From Tubiluchus corallicola (taxonomy: Eukaryota > Animalia > Priapulida), in NCBI GenBank assembly GCA_030141605.1, contig JAQGDQ010000675.1, positions 1 to 64,000 of the forward strand: a DNA stretch of 64,000 bases. The letters are read 5' to 3'. The translations under genes were made by a program, and so were the position numbers. This document shows positions 34,866 through 48,200 of the stretch, one piece after another. Each line of letters opens with the position of its first letter. Within the stretch, counting starts at the first letter, position 1. The notes beneath the pieces were generated by a model, which saw only the letters and a list, made by a program, of their open reading frames with translations, had not been told where the DNA came from and ran no database searches.

Positions 34866-35559
34866 AAATACTAACTGTTGTACATGAAGTTTTACTATAT
34901 CTGGTCTGGTACCGGGTGCAAGACTGTCAAAATTACACCAGAATGAAGTCGTGTTACTGAAATTACAGCAGAAACTACAGTATAACAACAATCGACTGTA
35001 CGGTATTGAAAGAACAGTATAATGGATAGAACACAATACTTATACGATATGAGTTAATAAATTTTTTGTTTGTTACCGGATGAACGTAACGGTAAAACAA
35101 ATTCACAGTAACGGTAAAATTAACCGCTGTAATGGGAGGCGTTATTTCTTTTTCAAGTTACAACAGTTACTAGTTACAATTCCACAATTTTGCAGCTAGC
35201 TACACTTGCTAACATGCTACTCCTATCAATGAATACAGGAAGCTCAGTTACTCAGTAAAAAAACTAGCTCACCTTTCTTCACATGTTGCATGCAGCTAGA
35301 TGAAAAAAATGCAAACTGAACCAAATGATTCAAGAACCTGAGCTTGCAAACGACACTTGGACTCAAAATTGACAACATTTCGCAAGCCGTTATTTAATCT
35401 ACTACGAAGACATCACAAAGTCTATTAGTTACGCTATAATTATAAGGTGAATCACGGCTACCATCTTGCCAGAAACATTTTTATACAGCAGTAGTACAAA
35501 TTAACTTTATGCATAATAAACAGGTTTTTTTGCAAATTTCTTTGTTACATTTTTTCTAA

Positions 35560-35975
35560 GATTAAGTGATAACAGTAGAATAAACCCAACATGCTAAGTG
35601 ACTTGTCCTTTCCTTTAGCACACCACAAACAGTTTAAGTGATAACAGTAGAATAAACCCAGCATGCTAAGTGATTTGTCCTTTCCTTTAGCACACCACAA
35701 ACAGTTTAAGTGATAACAGTAGAATAAACCCAGCATGCTAAGTGATTTGTCCTTTCCTTTAGCACACCACAAACAGTTTAAGTGATAACAGTAGAATAAA
35801 CCCAACATGCTAAGTGACTTGTCCTTTCCTTTAGCACACCACAAACAGTTTAAGTGATAACAGTAGAATAAACCCAGCATGCTAAGGGATTTGTCCTTTC
35901 CTTTAGCACACCACAAACAGTTTAAGTGATAACAGTAGAATAAACCCAACATGCTAAGTGACTTGTCCTTTCCTT
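35560..35975. repeat. 72-bp tandem repeat, ~5.7 copies
   Basis: Near-identical units. The unit matches the end of the element at 54320-54870. Confidence 0.9.
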
Positions 35976-36226
35976 GAAAACTCAGAGAACATGAAGTAAC
36001 TTTGTCAACTATCTAACAACCATTGACATATTACTAACAAAAGATTCAACTTAACAAACCTAAAGATACCATCATAAAATTTGAATTCTATTAACTGATA
36101 GCAATAACATACATAACAGCATTGAAAGCTTACAGTTTTAGCCTTGCATGATTCTAGTATTTCTACTTACATTTCACAGGCACCTAATTTATAAACTACC
36201 CTGATTAATCAAACGATCGCATCAAA

Positions 36227-39200
36227 TTAAGCAGCTTCCAAGCGGGATTTCAGCAAAGCATCCAACTTCCTAGAGTCTGCGTTGAATTTACGAATTCCCT
36301 CCGAAAGTTTGTCATTGGCCATCTGATCTTCGTTCATTTCCCAACGGAATGTTTTTTCATCAAATGTGACCTTTTCCAAGTTTAAACTTTTGGCTGCAAA
36401 AATCAATTACCAGTCAAAACCAAGAAATTTCTTCTAATTTGAATGAGAACTTTTTAAACAAAAACGAGTTCTTTTTAAAACGCTTTACATGCATAAATCT
36501 TTCCCGAATTTTAAACATGAAAAGCGAATGATGTGCAGTCGTGCATAGTTTCAAGCAAAATTTCTTCGAAGTTAACTAGATTTTTAATACCTATTACTGT
36601 TTTTGGACAAATTTCATTACATTTCAGTACGGCAATGATTGTCCCGCACGCAAACTAGCAACTGACTTGATTTTAGCTTGAATGCTTAAATGAGCAAAAT
36701 CAACCAAATAACTCAACCATGCTGAACATGCCCATTTGCACACCAAGATCTGCCATATTGTTTCAAATGAAGACAGCATGATTTTTGATATACTGCCACT
36801 ATTTTAAATCTGATAAAAAGTATATATTTTAACAGAATTAATACTGCAAAAGCATTTCTGATAATTAGATAATAGATTAAAAACTTAATTAACAGCAGGC
36901 CAGCCCAGCCGTTGATGACATCACAAACTAACATGATTTGCAACAGCAAAAATATTCCACGATCGCGTTGCATGTGTTTGTGAAAGAGAAAATTGAAGTA
37001 CAGTGCTACTGTAAACTATTCAGTGTGTTGTACTAAAACTAGGCAAGTTTTAAGATAAAAATTCAAATCGCAGATTTATCGCTGTGTTCACGCATAAGCT
37101 GTTGAACGTGTGTAGTTTGTCACAACCTGTTTTTTGTGCAACGCGTCTTTGAAATACAGATGCTAGTGTCCGTGTAACTATTGAATGGCAAAATGCATGT
37201 GACAGCGAAGAACTACTGGCGCGAACGTGAAATTGTGTTTGTGTGGTAATAATACTTTCACGTAAGTAATTTACATAAGCAAATGCCATCCAAACTAGCA
37301 CAACACTGGCATGGTTTTCAGCCAGAAACAGAAACTTATAGAACTAATGAAGAAGAGAACAACTAAGCCGTCATTTCACCAAGCTCAGTACCCAAGACCA
37401 GATCTAAATGCTAAATAAAGCAGTCAACACCAGGCCTTGAGATAGTTAGGCTCTTTAACTAACCATTTAAACGTTACTAATTGCAGTCGAATAACCGTCT
37501 AACTCTTTCTGATGATGTCATACATTCACTCATTCATTCCCTGAACGAGTAAGCAGTGGGGTTCAAATCTAGCACGCGCCAGCGAGAATGTCCAACATGG
37601 CGACATCCTCGTAACCGACGCGAGTGAAAAACATTTTACACTGTTTGGGCAATCAGATTAATTGAAACAATATTGTAAATAGTACAGTTTTATGTAAGCG
37701 GGACATTGCTAACTGCGTACGCCAACTCAGAAAAGAAACAAGGTTTCATTAATACGGATACGTAGAAAACTTGGCTAAGTGATGGTTAAACGGTTAGTGA
37801 TTTTCTAGACGGTTACACAGGTTAGCAGTCGGCTGAACTGTAATTGATTTTCTAAATGGTTACACCAATTAGAAGTCGGGTAGTAGTTTAAACTGTCTCA
37901 ACTGTTACACATATAAATTTATAGCATTGTAACAGCACAGAGTTAAGCACAAAATAAATAAAATGTTCAAAAACTAAAAAAAACTAGTTTTACCTGTGTC
38001 AGGACAAAGATGGCGTGTAACTGAGGTCTTGCTTGCTTCTAATTCACCAAGCAGCTTGGGACTATAAAAACACAAACTGTCAGAGAAGCGGCAAACATGT
38101 GTTGAAGGTCCACAGTAAACAAAATGTACTTTAACCCTTTCACTACGGAAGGCGACACAGTGCCGCCTATGTTTTTCATGTAAGGGATGGAATGCAAAAC
38201 ATTGTAGAAAAGTTTAACAGCCCTAGGACTGGCGTTGCTTCGCAACAAGTAACTCAATCAGTGTCTGAAACCCGGTGCATTTCACAATACTGTACTGTAT
38301 GGTAAGTTCCCATGCAAAATCACTTGTAGATCGTTGATGAAACGTATGTTTAGTTGATTGTTCTGCATTCTTATCAAATGATTGCATATTATGGATTAAT
38401 ATTGTGTCTTTTGTGAAAACTGGTTTCTAAATATAAGTACATGCTTATTTATGATTGTGAGCACATGTGTGTGGGTGCGTGTGTGTGCGTGCGTGCGTGC
38501 ATTAGTGCATGTGTGTGTGCTCGCATGTGTGTGCATGTGTAGGAATAAAACTGATATTTAGTATTAGTACTCAGCAACGAACAATTATTTGTTTATTTAC
38601 AAAATTCTGTTTTAGTTACACACCACAAGAAGTTATTGTCAAATGTGCAAAAGTCAATGTGGCCCAGTTAAAAAGCAACAACGTAGCAAAAGGGTTAAAT
38701 TAACTCACAGTTACACCAGATCAATAATGTACCAGTCCGTCCGGTACGAAATTGATAAAAATTCTATCAGACGTTCTTTTATAATGAAATAAGCAACACT
38801 ACCTGATGGTCAGGAGGTCACATCCGGCCAGGGCTAAAATTTCTCCAATGTTTCTGAACGAGGCACCCATCACGACGGTCTTGTAGTCAAATTTTTTATA
38901 GTAGTTGTAGATTTTAGTGACGCTCATGACACCTGGGGGAGAGCAAAATAAACATTCATCGCAAGTTTTTACGCAAAATGGACCAAAAAGTCGCACATTT
39001 TCAGAAATAAACGTCCTCAGATTTGTACTATAGCTGATGGTAATACGTCTCATGCATGTATGATCATCAATGATACCTACTACGTCTCATGCATGTATGA
39101 TCATCAATGATACCTACTACGTCTCATGCATGTATGATCATCAATGATACCTACTACGTCTCATGCATGTACGATCATCAATGATACCTACTACGTCTCA

Positions 39201-42200
39201 TGCATGTATGATCATCAATGATACCTACTACGTCTCATGCATGTATGATCATCAATGATACCTACTACGTCTCATGCATGTACGATCATCAATGATACCT
39301 ACTACGTCTCATGCATGTATGATCATCAATGATACCTACTACGTCTCATGCATGTATGATCATCAATGATACCTACTACGTCTCATGCATGTACGATCAT
39401 CAATGATACCTACTACGTCTCATGCATGTACGATCATCAATGATACCTACTACGTCTCATGCATGTACGATCATCAATGATACCTACTACGTCTCATGCA
39501 TGTATGATCATCAATGATACCTACTACGTCTCATGCATGTACGATCATCAATGATACCTACTACGTCTCATGCATGTACGATCATCAATGATACCTACTA
39601 CGTCTCATGCATGTACGATCATCAATGATATCTACTACGTCTCATGCATGTACGATCATCAATGATACCTACTACGTCTCATGCATGTATGATCATCAAT
39701 GATACCTACTACGTCTCATGCATGTATGATCATCAATGATACCTACTACGTCTCATGCATGTATGATCATCAATGATACCTACTACGTCTCATGCATGTA
39801 TGATCATCAATGATACCTACTACGTCTCATGCATGTACGATCATCAATGATATCTACTACGTCTCATGCATGTACGATCATCAATGATACATACTACGTC
39901 TCATGCATGTATGATCATCAATGATACCTACTACGTCTCATGCATGTATGATCATCAATGATACCTACTACGTCTCATGCATGTACGATCATCAATGATA
40001 CTACTACGTCTCATGCATGTACGATCATCAATGATACCTACTACGTCTCATGCATGTACGATCATCAATGATACCTACTACGTCTCATGCATGTATGATC
40101 ATCAATGATACCTACTACGTCTCATGCATGTATGATCATCAATGATACCTACTACGTCTCATGCATGTACGATCATCAATGATACCTACTACGTCTCATG
40201 CATGTACGATAATCAATGATATCTACTACGTCTCATGCATGTATGATCATCAATGATACCTACTACGTCTCATGCATGTATGATCATCAATGATACCTAC
40301 TACGTCTCATGCATGTACGATCATCAATGATACCTACTACGTCTCATGCATGTACGATCATCAATGATACCTACTACGTCTCATGCATGTATGATCATCA
40401 ATGATACCTACTACGTCTCATGCATGTACGATCATCAATGATACCTACTACGTCTCATGCATGTATGATCATCAATGATACCTACTACGTCTCATGCATG
40501 TATGATCATCAATGATACCTACTACGTCTCATGCATGTACGATCATCAATGATACCTACTATGTCTCATGCATGTATGATCATCAATGATACCTACTACG
40601 TCTCATGCATGTATGATCATCAATGATATCTAATATCTGCACTTGCAAACAGAAATCGTTCATAAGTTGGCATAGTTCAAACTACGCTATGATGCTTCAC
40701 AGTGGGATACACCAAAAATTTGGTCAAATGTTAATTTTTTGTTTTATGACAAACCAACGCTAAATATATTGGACTTTATATTCTAGCACCAAATTGTCAA
40801 GAAAATGGTTAAAAAATACCGAAAATCTATTTTTAAAACCCTGTACTCTCTTTTCTGTCTAGAAACTAGTAATGCAATCGAGAAAAACTTGTATTTTCAA
40901 ACTCCGGTAGTAGCTCACGGAAGCAATCATTCTGCCTCAGTTTTTTTTCTGTTGCCAAGCCCAAATCTTCATCAGAAAGAGCCATCTACTGGATTTAAAC
41001 GTAACTTCAACGTGTTCTTGCAAAGTCTGTAGCAACCAACATTTGTACGGTTGCTAAGTGTTTTGAAGAAACACGACAAAAAACAATGGTTAACTTTAAC
41101 AACGATTTTCTCAAGATTATATTTTTCAGTGCGTAGCCTGCACCTCAACTTCAATGTGGATTATCACAGCTTAGAAATAACACAGAGCGATGAACTTGGT
41201 ATCAAAATGATCCTCTTGAAATGGAGATTCAGGATATGTGAATAACTAGAAAAGCTTAATTGCCGACTTATGGACGATTTTGCTATCCAAGTACACTTAT
41301 AGTCTTATTCATCAATTTTATCATAAAGTTACTGTTTCATTTTAGCACTAACAGACCAAACACAGTTTAATTAGAATTGCAATCATAATAAAATTTTCGA
41401 ATGTCGTTGAATATATTTAAAAAATTAGGCAGAGTTGAGTACTAGAGGTATTTCTTCAAACCCGTTGAAACGGCCAAAACCATATGTGCAAAAGTTCTAC
41501 GTAAACAAAACTTATAAACACAGTAAAAAAGTCAAACTAAAATAAATACATAAATAGTACTTGAAAAGCATAATTAGAAGATATTTTATCACTTAGGTAG
41601 AGTTCATTAGCTAGTTCATTGCTTATGGACGACTTTGCTATGCAAGCACACATATCATTCTTAAACAATGAGTGAATACCATTTGTTCATATACTCTCGT
41701 TTGAAATTCTACTGAATTTTCAAAAACAAAATTTTCTAGAAAATTAGTCAACAAAAATGTAACGTGTTAAAGATAAGTAAGTTTGACGGCTCACAGCAAT
41801 GGCTAAAAGTATCTTCTTGACCACATGACACATGTCCGATTTTTGTTGGATAACTACGACGGACATTTTTGTTAGACAGCAAAAACTGGAAGTCAAAAGT
41901 CAGGTAGATCTCAGAGCCCACCAATAAAAAATGGAATCGTAATTATAACAAAGCATGAAAACTCGTTAATTAGACTCACCTGGATCTTGCAAAGGTTCAA
42001 AAGACTTCTGCGCCGTATTGGCAACGAACCAGTCTAAAATCCTTCCCACAAACGGGGAGATTAATGTAACGCCTGCCTCTGCTGCCGCAACCGCCTAGAA
42101 ATGAGAACATATAATTAGACATTATAGGTCCACATTATAGGTAAATTAAGTTCAGATCACAAGGTTAACAAAATGAATTTACCTTACCTGAGCAAAACTG

Positions 42201-45200
42201 AACAGTAAGGTCATATTACAATGAATACCATCTTTCTTTTCTAATTCTCTGCAAAAGACACAAAAGCAAATAAATATTGATTTATATATTAATAAACCTT
42301 CAGCGTCTACTGCACAGGTACTATTACTAACGCTGTATTACACTGGGCACTGAACTCAGTTATTTCTCACACAAAGCACTATGGTGTATGATTTCTGTTG
42401 TACATCTCATAAAATATTATTAATTGCCAATCTTTTCTTGACTAAACTGTAGCATACGTTCAGAACAAATAAAAACTAACAAGGCACTCTTGATATAATA
42501 TTTTTTTATAAATCTAAGCACATTGTAAGTATCCAGTATTCAATGGCAAGTCTGCTTAGGTTATCGTTTTAGACACAAACTACACGGACACAGACACAGA
42601 CATCTTGGATACATGGGTTATTTGGAGTCAGACACAGACAATTTTGGACATAACATATTTGGGCAAACAGGTCATTTCAACACAGGTATTTTGGACACAC
42701 AGCTCATTTGCACACAAGGTAATTTGGATGTGGGTTATTTGGATAAATAGGCTATTTAGTTACTCGGTGTTTTGGAGACATAGGACATTTGGATTCTAGG
42801 CATTTTGAGCAAACTCCCCCAAAAAGATCATTTGGATACATATGACATATGTTATGTGGACACATATGCAATTTGGACAGACGTGGCCAAATACCTATAG
42901 TGTCCAAATGGCCTACATGTTCAAATGACCTATATGTCCAAATGTCTTGCGGTCCAACTGTCCATGGGTCTAAAGGAACCTGTGAACAAATTACCTATGT
43001 GCCCAAGACACATAGGTGTCAAAATTACCTATGTGCCCAAGACACATAGGTGTCAAAATTACCTATGCAACTAAAACAGTCGGTGTCGACGTTGCCTATG
43101 TGGCAGAGACTACCCGTGGGAAATGTTTTGTGATGAAACATCCTGTGTCCAAATGCTCACACACTCCTACTTAGATATTATCTTATTCCAGTTTTACGAT
43201 TTTAGCAAAATGTACTTAGCCATATCTCAGGTAAATAAATTAAATTCATATGAAGCTATTCTTACTCTGCAGCTTTTACTCCTTCCCATGTGGTAGCAAG
43301 CTTGATTAGAATACGTTCTTTAGGTATACCCATTTCTTTATACATTCCAATAAGCTTGCGAGCCTTAGCGATGGACCCTTCTGTATCAAACGATAATCTG
43401 CAAAAATAAACAGTCTTTACCTCTATGAACTTTCCGTGACCGCAGACTAGGTTTGACACAGTTACGCTTCTTACTAACTGCTTAACGTTATTAATTGCAG
43501 TCAGCTAACCGTTTAACCGTTCCCGACGATGTCATACGTTTAACAGAACATTGAATCCACACGATGAACTAACATGAAGAAATTGCCCAACTCTAACCCC
43601 ATTATATAGTCATAGAAAGTCACACAACATGGTATTTCTTCAGTGCGTGAACAAATAACGAACCCTTTTGAATGTTTGATAGTTTTTGAACAACAAAATT
43701 CAATTTATAAAGGAATGATGCAATGACTCCCTCCGAATGAAGCCATGTTTATTCACACATCATGGAATCACCATGTGTGCTGTTATGCTGTTAATACACA
43801 CCTGCTGTGTGGCAGGTAAGTAACTGTATCCGACTGCATCGTGAGAAGTTAATGTAACAGAGTTTCAACAAGTACAAATAAATCTCCATGTACATTTTCG
43901 TGTTAAAAATATCGAAATACTAACCGCATACATTTTAGTTAAATATACAGACAACCTCGGGTATAAGGTACCCGCTTATAAGGGACCACCAACACCGGTC
44001 CCGATTTTTTGCAACGGTTTTCCTTATAAAAATCTTCGTATATAAGGGACGATGTCTTTAGGTCCAGCGCAATAGAAACCCAGGTAAATTACCTCGCATA
44101 TAAGTGACCCAATGATCAAAGCGAAACTGATCGATTTTTAACCTCAATTTTTCGCAAACTCTGCCTTCGAAGAGCTTTGTTTTCGTGGTCACACAATCAC
44201 TGAAGGAGTTTCCTACATACCGTTTGCAATGAACGTGTAGCAATAATTCATAAAAATATGGGTAAAAGTACAGAAAATTACAGGTCTAGATACACCCTCG
44301 GTCTGACTCAACTTCGGCTATAAGGGACATCGGATATAAGGGACAGTTTTTTCCGGTCCCGAGGTGTCTCTTATATCCGGGGTTGACTGTATTTGTATTT
44401 CGTCTGCTTTCACTTACCTTTTCATTTTTTAAAATTAATAATTCATTCATTCTTTTCACAAATAATCTGTGTGGTTTAAATGCGGCATATGCCAGTGGAA
44501 ATGTAAAACATGGCATCCTCATAACATACGCGAGTGAAAAACTTTTTGCTATTTACCGTTTAGATGCTACCTAGGCAAGCAGATTAACTGAAACCATGTT
44601 GTAAATAATACAATTTTATGTAAGCGGGACATTGCTAACTGTGTACGCCGACTCAGAAAAGATACAAAGTTAACTGTCTCAGCTTTAGTACAAAAAGATT
44701 AGAAACAACATGCCTGAAACAATAGGCTAGTCAAGTTTGTCACTTTATTAAACATTATTTCGTATTAGTAGGTCTGTCATTTTGTCAAGACACGAATGCG
44801 TCATTACACATATGCTCACCTACGTCAAACAAATATACTCAAACAAAAAGCAAGACAAAGCTGACATACCAATAGCTTTTTTTATCTTGCGGTATATTTT
44901 CCGTGGTGTATATGAGTTTCAAGTACAGCAAAATCACAATGTGAGTCAATCGGTGGCCTCTGTTAGCATGATAGATTTTGCAGCTATTCAGGCTTTAGAA
45001 GTCAGCTCACAGGTCTGCTGATGACCAAAATTTTGTTTCTCTATGAAACCATTTACTGTCATGTCATTTATAAAAAAAATTATGTAATGTAATACGTGTT
45101 ATGTTAGTTTTGTAATGTCAAATGTATAAATAGTGTCAATGTAATGAGTGAAATTTATGTAATGTAAAGCATGTTTCTGTTAATTGTGTCATGTCAAATG

Positions 45201-48200
45201 TATGTATAGTGTTAAATATGTCATGTAGAATTTAATGTGCTTTCGTAAAATTGTTTTGTAAAAATATTTTAATATGATGTTTGTAAATATGTTCATTTAT
45301 TGTATATAGTTTTGCACTTTAGTTTTTTTAGTATGCACTGGACGCATTTGTCTTGAACAGTGTTGTTATGTTAACATTACGCTTAGGCTTAGTCAATTTT
45401 ATTATAATGAGTGAACCATTTTAATGACAAATAAAGAATTAATATATATATATATATGTTTTTGTTTGGATTCATAAGTGCATGATTTGCACATTCTTTT
45501 ATATTGGGTTATTCCATGTCAATTCACCCAAAATTTTGGATCATCTTCACTCGACCATCTTAGATTTCGATGAAACTTAACATCGGTATTGGGCCTTATG
45601 AGAATAGTTTATGTTCAAGATTTTAGGTCAATCGGTCCATCGGATCAGAAGTTGTGAGAATTTGAAATTTTGGGCTTTTCACACTCTTTCGCGTTTGCCT
45701 GAAATTTCAAATATTCACATCTCAATACCTACTGGAACAAAATTCACGGGAGAGATTAACAAAATACCTCGCATCAACTTCTGTAGAAACACGACCTGGC
45801 ACTATTTTCAGTATTTCCGAACCAAAAAGAACAAACAGCTTGTCAGCAGCTTCCGAAACTTGCTCAGCAACAGTCCTAGGGATAAAAAAAACATCGAAAT
45901 GAAATCATTCGTCAATGATTCATTTTTCAAAAGTTGGTAAATTTCAACGAGCTAGAAAAAAGTTACATAAGAAAACATCAAATTCTGCACTATCATTTTA
46001 TTTACAAAGCTTAGAATACTGTTACTTGAGCTTTAAATAAGCAGTTGTACAACAGTAATCTATAATAATAATAATAACAACAACAACAACAGCAACAACA
46101 ACAACAACAACAACAATAATAATAATAATAATAATCTTTATTTAAAGTCGGCTTTTGGGTCAACAATTAACATTAGCTCAAAGAGCTATTATCGCCGACT
46201 GTAAATAACAACCTACAACTGCATAACAGAGACTATTATTACCCCACTTTTACCCTAAATACCACGCGTCAGGCAGGGCAACAGCAGGTACCATTTTTAA
46301 AGTCTTTGGTATGACCCGGCTGCTGGTTCGAACTCACAACCTCCCAGACGGAAAGCACACGCATTACCACTAGACTAAACCGTCTGGTCAAGTATGCAAT
46401 CTGGGTCGATATCAAGCATAATTCTCTAAGTTGTAGGCTTGCCATATTAGAAAACTAGCAATACGGGACACTCTTAAAATCCCTTTCTATATTACTTTAT
46501 TTACAAACTTATACATGCCTACAAACCCGGACAAACATACTATACAAAAGTAGAGACATAAGCTAAAAACATAAAGCAAGGATTTTAATGGGTTATGAGG
46601 AAAGCAAAAGTATAATCATTTGAACATTATTTAATACAAGCTAAAACAATTATGTAAAGACGAAATCATTTGAAAATATTTATTTAATACAAACAACAGA
46701 GAAATATCATTATTATTATTTAATACAAGCAATATAGGTAATAAAAGAAATTCTGAGAAAGTGAAATTACTGCAAAATTCTTATTCAATAGAAACAATAT
46801 AAAAAATATATAAAATAATACAATATACAATATACAATATATATAATATACACAATACAATACAATACAATATAAAATTATTATTTAATACAAACAATAC
46901 ATAAAATAAACTAAAAAAGTTGTTTCATATGGAGACAAACAAAACTGAAAAATAGTTTCTCTTATGAAAAATATTTTTACGAAACATTTTACGAAATCAT
47001 ATTTTTATTATGAAATTATAATATTACAAAATTACAAATACTGAAATTATTACAAAACACGGGACATTTGGGTGTCCCAGAAAGATCAGTATGGGATAGG
47101 GGTCAAAATTACCAAATATGGGACATGTCCTGCATGTAAGGGGGACATCTGGAAACTCTGCTAAGATGAGACAAAAAAACAACCGTAAGTGTAAATGGTG
47201 CGGTGCATTTTAAAAACAATTAGTTCAGCTAACAAGAAAAGAAAATTAGCAGAAAGTGCAACGTTTTTATAACTAAAAATTTTCTAAAGTTGTCAAGTTT
47301 CTACGTAACATCAAATAGTATCAAGAGTTCAAGAGTTTTGCAAAAATTAATTAATGAATCTGTATTTGCAAGAAGGTATAGAAATTATATTATAGTATGA
47401 TTATTATTTGTACATACTTTCCATGCGTCTTCCCATATTGTATTGCACTATCAAAAAGTGGCTGGTACTGAGGCATTTGCGAGGCAGCCAGTACAAGGGA
47501 TGGATTCGTGGTTGCATCCGTTGGCTTGTATTGCTTCATGGCTAAAACAGAACAAAATTCAATTCAATTTATTTATTAACTCCGCAAGAATGATAAAAAT
47601 ACAGTATCAGGAATACATGCAATATTTCGAAGCAAAGGAGAAGGGCAGCGAAGAACCCGTAAGTTATCTAGTCAGCCACCCTTAAATAGCTATGATTAAA
47701 TAAAATTAATTTTGGCATCGTTCTCAATTTAAATTTGTATTCGGTTGATGTGTGTAATTGGCAATTAAATGATAGATATCGTAATACTGTAGAACATTTT
47801 AGTTTAAATAACGAAAGATTTACAATTCTAAAATACTGTGAATCATGCGAAGCAAACACAATAAAAATAACTTAAGATTTATAACATAACAGAAAATGCA
47901 TAATTTGAGCATTAACTAAAAAATCCGGCAAAAAAACAAAAAACAGTAGAATGATCAACCAAAGTTGTCGAGAAAAAATATAATAGATTAAACCAAGGAA
48001 AAATAAGGCAAATATAAAATCTATTGTTAAAATTTACGATTATTTGTCCATTAAATATTGTCAAGGTGTTATAGGGCTACAGACTTCTCTGTTATTTTTT
48101 CTGAAGTATTTCCAGCTTCTTGTTTTGAACAAACTATAGCCAATAGAACATTGATTAGTAATTACTTGTACCAAGCGGAACCTCATGAATGGCACCTAGT

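Noticed and set aside
39044-40630. 37-bp repeats resembling a CRISPR repeat in length (also the 31-bp array at 21668-22738)
   Set aside because: The units are directly adjacent with no unique spacers, there are no cas genes, and they lie in eukaryotic introns.
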